Positions 10,771-18,667 of a stretch of DNA of 64,000 nucleotides are shown one piece after another; the stretch's first letter is position 1; each line of letters starts with the position of its first letter. A model generated the notes under the pieces. That model was not told where the DNA came from. It saw only the letters and a program-made list of their open reading frames with translations, and did not search any database. The translations under genes were made by a program, and so were the position numbers. Source of the stretch: an uncultured Gemmatimonadales bacterium (GTDB lineage Bacteria; Gemmatimonadota; Gemmatimonadetes; Palauibacterales; Palauibacteraceae); NCBI GenBank assembly GCA_963783385.1, contig CAWANJ010000001.1:384001-448000 (forward strand), read 5' to 3'.

Positions 10771-11529
10771 TCAGCGGCGTCCGGCAATCCCGATCGACAG
10801 GGCGGCCGAGAGCAGGAGGTCGTGCTCCGTGCGGGCCGTCGTCCTATCCCCCGTCGCCTCGAACGTGAAGCGAGCCCGGGAAATCGTGTCCTCGGCATCC
10901 AGGCGCATGGCCACCGTCGGGCCCAGGCGCAGCCGCGCACCGGCGCCGGCGAGCCCTCCCACGTCCGTGCGGCCTCCGACCCCGATCCAGGTCGCCGAGC
11001 CGGTTCGGGACACGACCGCGGGTCCGGCTTTCACGTACAGGGCCGTCGGTCCGGACCGGAGCACGTCGTACAGGAGGGCGGCGCTGCCCAGCCACACGGT
11101 GGCACTGGATGTGCCCGCCGGTCCCGCGGGCGCGACGGCCGCGACAGAAGGTGTGTCGAGAAACAAGAGACCTCCCGACGTGGTGGTCTTCACCGAGCTC
11201 GGCGCCCAAGCGAGAGCGCCCTCCAGCGCGAGGCGATCCGTCAAGCGGCTGGTCACTCGTGCGCCCAGCGCCACCGAGGAGCGCTGCTCGAGGACGGTCC
11301 TCACCTGATCGCCCTCGATGCTGCTCAGGCTCCAGCTCCCGAGCTGTCCGGCCGGCACGTACACACCCACGAACGGCGTCACGGCCAGGGAGTGCCCCTG
11401 CCCCGCCAGCGGTGGGGCGGTCGTCACCAGCGCCGCCCCCAGGCACGCGAGACCGGCCGTCCGGCGGAGGAGGGTCCGGGAGCACGGCCGTGACGACCAC
11501 GGACGGGAGACGGACCGGAGTCCTGGCAT
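10771..11529 (-). CDS. Exported outer-membrane beta-barrel-like hypothetical protein
   Basis: Signal peptide followed by alternating amphipathic beta strands (VTPFVGVYVP, LALEGALAWAPS, ALSIGI). Confidence 0.6.
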   Translation of the reverse strand: MPGLRSVSRPWSSRPCSRTLLRRTAGLACLGAALVTTAPPLAGQGHSLAVTPFVGVYVPAGQLGSWSLSSIEGDQVRTVLEQRSSVALGARVTSRLTDRLALEGALAWAPSSVKTTTSGGLLFLDTPSVAAVAPAGPAGTSSATVWLGSAALLYDVLRSGPTALYVKAGPAVVSRTGSATWIGVGGRTDVGGLAGAGARLRLGPTVAMRLDAEDTISRARFTFEATGDRTTARTEHDLLLSAALSIGIAGRR

Positions 11530-11713
11530 GAGGCCTCCATGGTGCAGCGGAAGCGCGGGCCCGCGACCCGCAGCAGGGCAGCCACCACGATAACCCCGGA
11601 GGCAGCCGGTCCGGTTCCCCACGCAAGACCGCCCGGCCCCACGAGAAGCGAGACCGGGCGGTCGCCTGCTGCGTCGCGGGTCGCGCCTCGCGGCCCGTCG
11701 CGTCAGCTCCCCG

Positions 11714-13810
11714 TCACCAGATCTTCACCAGCCGATCGCCGGAGCGGACCATGGGGTCCCCGGCCTTGCAGGAGAATGCCTTCGCGAAGGCCGGCATGTC
11801 CGAGGGAGCCCCGATCGCCCTGAACTTCGCGGGCGAATGCGGGTTCGTGTTGAGGGAGACCAGCTCGGCCTTCTCGCGCGTAGCGCCACGCCACACGCGC
11901 GCCCACGCCAGGAAGAAGCGCTGGTCCTCGGTGTAGCCGTCGATCTTCTTCGACGCCTCCGTGGGGTTCTTCTGCAGAGCCGCCTGCAGCGCGTCGTAGG
12001 CCACGTTCAATCCGCCCAGGTCGGCAATGTTCTCGCCCAGGGTGAGCTGGCCGTTCACGTGCTTGTCGGGATGGTCCTTCAGCGGCACGTAGCCCTCGAA
12101 CTGGTTGACGAGCTTGGCCGTGCGCGCGTCGAACTTCTTCCGGTCGGCCTTCGTCCACCAGTTCTCGTTGTTGCCATCGCCGTCGAACTGGCTGCCCTGA
12201 TCGTCGAAGCCGTGGCTCGACTCGTGGCCGATCACAGCGCCAATGCCGCCGTAGTTGACCGCGTCGTCGCCGTTGGCGTAGAAGAAGGGCGGCTGCAGGA
12301 TGGCGGCCGGGAAGTTGATCGTGTTGGTGGTCGGGCTGTAGTAGGCGTTGACCGTCTGCGGCGTCATGCCCCACTCGTGGCGGTCGGTCGGCTGCCCGAT
12401 CTTCTGGATGTTATACTCGTAATTGAACTTCCGCGCCGCCAAGACGTTGGCGAAATAGTCGTCGGGCTTGATCTCCAGCCCGGACCAGTCCCGCCACTGG
12501 TCGGGGTAGCCGATCTTGGGCAGGAACTTCTGCCACTTCTCGAGCGCCCGCTTCTTGGTGGCCTCGCTCATCCAGTCCAGGTTCTCGATGCGCGTCTTGA
12601 GGGCATCGCGGACGTTGCTGACCAGCTGCTCCGCCCTGGCCTTGGCCTCGGGCGGGAAGTAGCGGGCCACGTAGAGCTGCCCGAGAGCCATGCCCATCGA
12701 GCGGTTCGCGGTCCCCAGCACCCGCTTCCAGCGGGGCTGCTGCTGGGGCTGCCCCCGCAGGGTCGTGCCGCTGAAGGCGAAGTCCTCCTTCTGGAACGGC
12801 GTGGACAGGTAGGGCGCGGCGGCGTCGATGGTGTGGAACGCCAGGTAGGCTTTCCACTCGGCCAGCGGCGCGTGCGCCAGGAGGCTGTCGAAGCCCGCGA
12901 AGAACTTCGGCTGCGAGAGCGAGAAGCCCTTGCCGGGATCCACGCCCTGGGCCTTGAAGAAGGCGGCCCAGTCGAAGTGGGGCGTGACCTTGTTCGCCTC
13001 GGCCACCGACACGAAGTGGTACTGGTTGGATGGCTTGCGGAGGTCGACGCGAGACAGGGAGTGCCGGGCCAGGTCCGTCTCGAAGGCCAGGACCTGCCCG
13101 GCCTCCTTCGACGCCTGGTCGGCGGGCACGCCCGTCAGCTCGAACATCTTTCCAATGTGCTTGACGTAGGCGTCGCGGATGTCCTTGTACTCGGCCTTCG
13201 TGTAGTAGTCCGGCGTCGGCAGGCCGAGTCCGCCCTGGAAGGCGTAGCCGATCTGCATCCTGGCGTCGTGGTAGTCGGCCCGCGCCCCGAAGCGGAACAG
13301 CTGACCCTGCCCCTTCGCGTAGGACGCGTCCAGCCAGCTCTCCACGTCCTTCGGCGAGGTCAGCGCCTCGATCGACGCCAGGGTGGGCTTGATCGGATCG
13401 TAGGCCGCCCTGTCGATCGCGGCCGTGTCCATGCCCGACCGGTACAACCAGCCGACCTTCTGCTCGATCGAGCCGCTCTCGGCCTGATCGGCCTTCTTGT
13501 CCGCCGCCTCGACGATCTGGTGCTGCTCGTCGAGGCTCTTCTCCCCCAGCTCGGCGAACGCGCCCCAGCTGGAGCGGTCGGCGGGGATCGGGTTCGCCTT
13601 GATCCACCTGGCGTTGGCGAACCCGTCGAAGTCGGTGCAGGCGGAGATCGTGGTGTCGAGCAGGGAGACGTCGAACACCGGCCCGGTATCGGACGGAGCG
13701 GCGCTCCGCATCGCCTGGCTCCCGGCGGACCCGCCGCCGCGGCTGCACGCGGCAGCCGCCACCAGGAGCGCGGCGGTCACGGCGAGCGATCGGTAAGGAT
13801 GCCTGATCAT
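11714..13810 (-). CDS. M13 family (neprilysin/PepO) zinc metallopeptidase, lipoprotein
   Basis: VNAYY, FPAAILQPPFF, GHESSHGFDDQG (HExxH), GENIADLGG; lipobox AAAC. Confidence 0.95.
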   Translation of the reverse strand: MIRHPYRSLAVTAALLVAAAACSRGGGSAGSQAMRSAAPSDTGPVFDVSLLDTTISACTDFDGFANARWIKANPIPADRSSWGAFAELGEKSLDEQHQIVEAADKKADQAESGSIEQKVGWLYRSGMDTAAIDRAAYDPIKPTLASIEALTSPKDVESWLDASYAKGQGQLFRFGARADYHDARMQIGYAFQGGLGLPTPDYYTKAEYKDIRDAYVKHIGKMFELTGVPADQASKEAGQVLAFETDLARHSLSRVDLRKPSNQYHFVSVAEANKVTPHFDWAAFFKAQGVDPGKGFSLSQPKFFAGFDSLLAHAPLAEWKAYLAFHTIDAAAPYLSTPFQKEDFAFSGTTLRGQPQQQPRWKRVLGTANRSMGMALGQLYVARYFPPEAKARAEQLVSNVRDALKTRIENLDWMSEATKKRALEKWQKFLPKIGYPDQWRDWSGLEIKPDDYFANVLAARKFNYEYNIQKIGQPTDRHEWGMTPQTVNAYYSPTTNTINFPAAILQPPFFYANGDDAVNYGGIGAVIGHESSHGFDDQGSQFDGDGNNENWWTKADRKKFDARTAKLVNQFEGYVPLKDHPDKHVNGQLTLGENIADLGGLNVAYDALQAALQKNPTEASKKIDGYTEDQRFFLAWARVWRGATREKAELVSLNTNPHSPAKFRAIGAPSDMPAFAKAFSCKAGDPMVRSGDRLVKIW

Positions 13811-13951
13811 GAACTTCCTCCACGTGACGTGCCCGCCTGGAGCACGGACTCACGACTCGGGTCTATGGGCGTTGGAATCGGTTCCCATGATGGGACGGGA
13901 CCTCCGGGGGCGCCAGCGTGGGCCAGGCGTCGCCGCGGCCGGGGCGGACGG

Positions 13952-15499
13952 TCAGGCGACCGCCGCCTCGACCCCCTCCGCCTCCCGGAGGAACGCGTTG
14001 GCATCGTGGCTCATCGCCCCGGGGGGCAGCCAATCCCAGAAGACGCCCAGGTCGGCCTTGACCCGGTCCTCGTAGAAGGCCGGGACCTTGTCCGTCTCCC
14101 CGTCGAAGAAGCGCCGCAGGGGACGATCGGAGTCCAGCCGGCCGCGCAGCTCCCGGAAGTAGCGGATGCGGCCCTTCCCCTCGGAGGAAATCGCCCGTAC
14201 CACGTTGAACCACGTGGCGAATCCCCACTGTGTGCCGCGGGCCCGATGGTAGATCATGCGGGGGGAGAAGGAGTACTCGGTCAGGTCAATGACGCGGTCG
14301 TAGAACTCCGTCCAATCGTAGTTCTTGGGCCGCACGTTCATCGCGTGGTTGTTATTCAGGAAGTGGAACGGGAACGGGAGCACCCGTCCGTCCCGCTGGA
14401 GGTCCAGGTTGAGGGGCGCGGCTCGTCCGAACGCGGACAGCAGTGAGTAGCCGGGGAACGCCCCGGGCGTAAGATCCAGGAACCGCTTGGTGAGCTCGAA
14501 GGGCTCGCTTCCCTCGTCGACGTCCAGGCCGAGGACGAAGTTCGTCTGCACGTAGGGGATGTACTCGAGGATCTTGTTCACCTGCTCCGAGATGTTCTCG
14601 ACCTTCCCCATCCCCGTCGTGCCGCGCGTCTTGGCCTTGTTGCCCAGCGAGAACCACGACTCGATGCCCGGGAGCATGGCCTTGAAGCCGGCGTCACGCA
14701 GACGGCGAAGGCGCGGCTCGGACAGCAGGGACAGGCTGCTCTCGGCCACGAAGGACAGGGGATGCTCGGCCGTGCCCTCCTCGATGGAGTCCAGGAGCTC
14801 GTCGAAGCGCACCCCGAAATTCGGGTCGTGCCACCCCACCCACACGTCGGGCCTCGTCTTCCCCAGGAAGACGAGGTCCTCGCGGATCTGCTCCTGCGGT
14901 ACGGGCTGGAAGTCCACGACCGAGTCGATGCAGAACGGGCAGGTGTAGGGACAGCCCAGGCTGGCCAGCATGGGCACGACCGCCTGGATCGGCGACTTGG
15001 CCAGCGTGGGCTGGACGAACTTCCAGCGCTCGCGCACACCCGGGAGGACGGATGGCTGCGCGTCGGCGCTGAGCCGCACACCCATCGGCCGATGGGGAGC
15101 CGGGTCCCGCAGGACGTCGTCCACCAGCGTCTCGTCCGTGAAGCCCAGCACGTAGTCGAAATATCGTGCTGCGTCGGCCGGGTAACAGCGAGCGTGCGGT
15201 CCCCCGAGGACCGTGATCGCGCCCCGGGACCGGAACAGCGCGCTCACCGCGTACGCGAGCTGCGCCGCCTGGGTGAAGGCGCCGACGAACAGGACGTCAA
15301 TGTCCTCGGGGAGCTCGTAGGCCAGGTCCTCGAACCCGGTGTAGCAGACGTAACGGACATCGTGGCCGGCCCGCTCGCACCACACGCCCAGGGCCTGCGG
15401 CATGATGCTGGCCAGGTTGGCGTTGTTGATGCGGGCGTACAGGGAGCGGGTGGGAGCTTTGGTCACCAGGTCCAGAATCCCGATTCGCAGTCGGCGCAT
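13952..15499 (-). CDS. Cobalamin-binding radical SAM protein
   Basis: N-terminal B12-binding-like segment (VLGGPHA) and CxxxCxxC (GCPYTCPFC). Confidence 0.85.
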   Translation of the reverse strand: MRRLRIGILDLVTKAPTRSLYARINNANLASIMPQALGVWCERAGHDVRYVCYTGFEDLAYELPEDIDVLFVGAFTQAAQLAYAVSALFRSRGAITVLGGPHARCYPADAARYFDYVLGFTDETLVDDVLRDPAPHRPMGVRLSADAQPSVLPGVRERWKFVQPTLAKSPIQAVVPMLASLGCPYTCPFCIDSVVDFQPVPQEQIREDLVFLGKTRPDVWVGWHDPNFGVRFDELLDSIEEGTAEHPLSFVAESSLSLLSEPRLRRLRDAGFKAMLPGIESWFSLGNKAKTRGTTGMGKVENISEQVNKILEYIPYVQTNFVLGLDVDEGSEPFELTKRFLDLTPGAFPGYSLLSAFGRAAPLNLDLQRDGRVLPFPFHFLNNNHAMNVRPKNYDWTEFYDRVIDLTEYSFSPRMIYHRARGTQWGFATWFNVVRAISSEGKGRIRYFRELRGRLDSDRPLRRFFDGETDKVPAFYEDRVKADLGVFWDWLPPGAMSHDANAFLREAEGVEAAVA

Positions 15500-15752
15500 G
15501 GCCGGTCGTGCCTTTCCCCGAGTAGGACGTGCCGCGCGGCGGGCCGGGGCTCGACGCCGCGCCAAAGCTTCAGTCCGGTCCCGGGGGCTCGTTCTCGCCA
15601 GGACGCACTGCACGAACAGCCTGTCTGATTCTCAGCGCTGGGAAGGATGCGATGGCCGCCTCGCACCGCATCATCGGTGGACGCATAACGCAGGCCGGCA
15701 GGCAGAGGGACATCCTTGCATGGCCGAAACGTGGGAGCCGGACGCACGACTG

Positions 15753-16109
15753 TCAATCGGCGCCCGTCCGAACCCCCCGCATGAAAATGAGATACCGCCG
15801 CTCCCCGGCCGCGATCCGCGCCTCGGCCACGCTCACACCATCGGCGGCCAGCACGCCGGAGAGGATGCCGACGCTGGCCAGGCCGGAACCCACCTCGTCG
15901 TGGAGGTCCATGGAGATCCGGGTGCGCTGGCGTTCCAGGCCCACGAGGCACGCCACGCGAGCTCGGGCCCTCAGACGCCCCGGAGCGACCAGGAGGACGA
16001 GGACGAGAACCGACCGGGAGAAGACGATCGCGGTGGCCCGCCGGGAGGTCGCCGCCGTCCCCCGCGGACGACCCGACGCACCGTATCGGCGATCCCAACG
16101 GCTGGTCAT
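15753..16109 (-). pseudogene. Remnant of a HisKA_3-type sensor histidine kinase
   Basis: TM segment then LERQRTRISMDLHDEVGSGLASVGILS; no HATPase or sensor domain follows. Confidence 0.6.
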
Positions 16110-16202
16110 CGACTCCCCCTGCAGCGCCGGCGAGGTGCGTGCCGTGCGGCGCCAGCGGGTGGCAGGATCATCGAATGAGAGAGAGCTCCGGCTCCTCCCG
16201 GC

Positions 16203-16265
16203 TCAGGCTTCGTCGGCGTACTTTTCGGGATCCGCCTCGACCGTGTCCCGGAAGCCTTCGCAGCA
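16203..16265 (-). pseudogene. C-terminal half of a YHS metal-binding domain
   Basis: Translates CCEGFRDTVEADPEKYADEA*, resembling YHS FCxxxCxxxFxxDPxKY; lacks the DPVCGM half and a start codon. Confidence 0.5.
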
Positions 16266-16280
16266 GCGGTGCGGCGGGCG

Positions 16281-16832
16281 TCAGCCGGCGGTCGTGAAGG
16301 TGAAGATCATGCCGTAGTTGCCGTCCGACCCCTCCCAGCCCTGCCCCATCTCCGAGCCCATCCCCGAGCCCATGCCCCCCGAGCCGGCTCCCCCGCCCAT
16401 CATCCCCGCGCTGGCCGTCTGTCCCCCGCAGCCGGGCCCGTACTGGCTCATGTTCACCGGGTCGCCGTCGGCGTCCATCATGCCACCGCCCAGGTGAATC
16501 ACGTACGTGGTCGCGGGCTTGAAGGCCGCCGCGGGAGTGAAGGTCAGGGCGGTCGTGTCGGCCGACCAGGACCAGCTCCCGTCGACGGCCGATCCGGAGA
16601 TCTCGCCCTCGTGCACGCTGGCGTACTGCGACATGGCCGGGTTCATGGCATGGTTGAAGGTGATCGTGACCGTGGTGTCCACGCTCACCCCCGTGCTGCC
16701 GCCGGCCGGCGCTACGTCCAGGAGGAGCGTCGGGGCCGTGGGCGCGGCCACGCCCGCTCCGGAGCACGCGGCCACGACGACGGACGCCGCCACGGCCAGC
16801 GCGAGCCCTCCGAGGCCAGTTCGTCCAGTCAT
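16281..16832 (-). CDS. Ig-like (Big_5-type) lipoprotein with Met/Gly-rich insert
   Basis: Lipobox VAAC; VAPAGGSTGVSVDTTVTITFNHAM, LTFTPAAAFKPATTY; GMMGGG...GMGSGMGSEMG; GAGGAGGAG RBS. Confidence 0.8.
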   Translation of the reverse strand: MTGRTGLGGLALAVAASVVVAACSGAGVAAPTAPTLLLDVAPAGGSTGVSVDTTVTITFNHAMNPAMSQYASVHEGEISGSAVDGSWSWSADTTALTFTPAAAFKPATTYVIHLGGGMMDADGDPVNMSQYGPGCGGQTASAGMMGGGAGSGGMGSGMGSEMGQGWEGSDGNYGMIFTFTTAG

Positions 16833-17132
16833 GGAAACTCCTCCTCGTGGGATGGGTGATCGTCCCGCCATGGTGCGGTGCGGCCACGGTCGCCGGCGTG
16901 GGGTCGGTCCAGAACCGTCGGCATGCCGCGCCGTGCAGCGGGCCCTGAGTCAGGATGAACCGGCAGGGACGCGACGTCTGTCGGGGTTTCTCCGGACGTC
17001 GCTGTGGGAAAGGTCGGAACCGTGGCGTAGTCGGAAGGACTCGGACCCGCGGGGAGCGGCCGGGGCCCGATCTCGGGGCCCCGGCCGCGCTCCTGGGAGG
17101 AAGGACGTAGGCCGGAGGGGAGGGGTTCGGGC

Positions 17133-17675
17133 CTACTCCCCGCCGCGCCGCGCGCTGGGCGGCAGCATGCCGTTCAGCCGCATGTAGTTGGCCACCTGGC
17201 TGTAGTGGTCCGCCAGGTCCTCGACGTACACGAACATGGCCAGGGCGCGGGACCCCTTCATGAAGCCCATGTCCACCGTCCCGCCGAGGTCGCTGTCATC
17301 GGTAGCGGCCAGCGCCTTGTCGCAGAACGCGAAGGAGTCCCTGAGCTCCTTGACGAGCGTGTCCTTGGGCTCGGTGCCCTTCCGGGTGGGGGTGTCGGGC
17401 GCCTTCATGCCGCTGATCGCGCTGCAGATCCCGCGGTTGGCCATGGCCAGGTGCGCCCAGATCTGCCCGAACGTCATCTGCGCGTCGGTGGGCTTGTAGG
17501 ACAGCTTGTCGGCCGGGACCTCGTCGGCCGCCTGCGTGAGGTACCCCCCGAAGTGCTTGCTCATCCCGAGGGCGGCTTCCGAGGTCGGGTTGCCGCCGGA
17601 GGAAGCGGGTTGCTGCGCGGCGAGCACGCCGGGGAGGACGAGGGCGGCAAGGCCGAAGAGCGCGAGGCGGTTCAT
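17133..17675 (-). CDS. Exported DinB family protein
   Basis: Signal peptide; SYKPT..QMTFGQIWAHLA; DHYSQVANYMRLNGMLPPS. Confidence 0.8.
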   Translation of the reverse strand: MNRLALFGLAALVLPGVLAAQQPASSGGNPTSEAALGMSKHFGGYLTQAADEVPADKLSYKPTDAQMTFGQIWAHLAMANRGICSAISGMKAPDTPTRKGTEPKDTLVKELRDSFAFCDKALAATDDSDLGGTVDMGFMKGSRALAMFVYVEDLADHYSQVANYMRLNGMLPPSARRGGE

Positions 17676-17840
17676 GGGCACATCTCCTCGTAGAGGGGTG
17701 AGAGGAGCCGAGTGAACGATCTTCGCGAGGCTGCGCACGCGAGGCAAGAGCGAGGAGCGTCCTCCCGGACCGGGCAGCTTCCCCGGATCCGACCTCAGTC
17801 CGGTCGGCGAGCGAGACCCGCTCGACGGCCGAACGTGCAG

Positions 17841-17913
17841 TGGCCGGGGCGGGCATCGAACCCGCGACCTTCGGATTAAAAGTCCGCTGCTCTGCCAGCT
17901 GAGCTACCCGGCC
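17841..17913 (-). tRNA. tRNA-Lys (anticodon UUU), CCA not encoded
   Basis: GGCCGGG/CCCGGCC acceptor stem, GCTC/GAGC D-stem, CT-TTT-AA anticodon loop, GCGGG-TTCGATG-CCCGC T arm. Confidence 0.97.
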
Positions 17914-18223
17914 GGGTGAAGCGGAGGGGCCGTCGGATACCCGGCTCCGGCGGGGCGGTTCGCGACACCGCCCCCGGGCGCTCCACACCCGGCGGGACGC
18001 GCCCCCGGACCACGGCCTCCTCCGTCCAGGTCGGAAAGCTACGCCCGACCGCCGGGAGCGACAACGCGGCTCGTGCGGTCGTCCAATGCACGGCGCCGGC
18101 CCGTTCACGCCCGGGCCGCGCCGTTCGGCGGCCTCTCCTGCCATCCATGGAATCTTTGCCTCCGTCCCGCGAGGGTTCCGCCGGACTCGCCGGCGGCGAG
18201 GGAGCGTGAGCGACCCGTCGCGA

Positions 18224-18238
18224 AACCCGTAACGGGTT
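18224..18238. promoter_or_regulatory. Perfect palindrome, possible operator
   Basis: AACCCGT-A-ACGGGTT in the divergent tRNA/ncRNA intergenic region. Confidence 0.35.
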
Positions 18239-18270
18239 ATCACATCGAGCATTCGACCTCATCTTCATAC

Positions 18271-18426
18271 TCTGGCCGCCCCTTCCTGCGCCGCGGCCCG
18301 AAACCTGCTTGAAACTCGCAGCTCACGCTTTCCGTAGGGGGACCTGAAGGCGGCGAAGGACCCGCCGACAGTGGCACCCGGAAGCCGGTCAGGCGCGCAG
18401 CCGGTCCGGTTGCGGGAGGCGGCAGA
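18271..18426 (+). ncRNA. Rod-shaped non-coding RNA, 6S RNA-like
   Basis: Ends pair over ~25 bp with bulges; central bubble; inner stems TTCCG/CGGAA, GGG/CCC, CTG/CAG, GGCGG/CCGCC; CTTGAA, GGGGGACC and GGCACCC segments recall 6S RNAs. Folded by eye only. Confidence 0.5.
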
Positions 18427-18471
18427 TGAGAGACGACAACGACATTCATGACAATACAGAGGAGGTTCCTC

Positions 18472-18534
18472 ATGCTGTACCAGCGATGGCTGAATCGCCG
18501 CAGGATGATGGTGCACGTTCGCAAGGTCGCCTGA
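18472..18534 (+). CDS. Small basic peptide MLYQRWLNRRRMMVHVRKVA (candidate leader peptide or small protein)
   Basis: GAGGAGG SD just upstream; 16 of 19 non-start sense codons end in G/C; terminator follows. An in-frame upstream ATG at 18448 is possible. Confidence 0.6.
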   Translation: MLYQRWLNRRRMMVHVRKVA

Positions 18535-18562
18535 CCTGACGGACGTCCCACCCAGCGGAGAG

Positions 18563-18599
18563 CGGGGGCGCGCCCACGGGCGTGCCCCCGTTTTCTTTT
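18563..18599 (+). terminator. Rho-independent terminator
   Basis: CGGGGGCGCGCC-CACG-GGCGTGCCCCCG followed by TTTTCTTTT. Confidence 0.9.
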
Positions 18600-18667
18600 G
18601 AGTCCCGCGGCCGCCCGGCCCGTCGCGCGCAGCTTGACGCCGGCGGTGCCCGCCCGGACTTTCCGGC

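Noticed and set aside
13937-13947. Possible att repeat of the tRNA-Lys 3' end (GGCCGGGGCGG)
   Set aside because: Only 11 nt of pure G/C, expected by chance here.
16281-16283. Selenocysteine recoding of the lipoprotein UGA
   Set aside because: The UGA does not align with a catalytic Cys position and no convincing SECIS hairpin follows.
18372-18387. Sigma54 promoter at TGGCAC
   Set aside because: No TTGC at the -12 position, and the site lies inside the predicted RNA.
18258-18432. SAM-I riboswitch, suggested by CTCATC...AGATGAGAG upstream of Met-related genes
   Set aside because: The core elements (AUCnAGAG, GAGGGA kink-turn, GCAACC, GUGC) are absent and the region folds as a rod.
18426-18539. 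Alternative 37-aa ORF MRDDNDIHDNTEEVPHAV... with a GGAGG upstream
   Set aside because: Many codons end in A/T, unlike host genes, and its SD is buried in the RNA stem. The overlapping 20-aa frame fits better.
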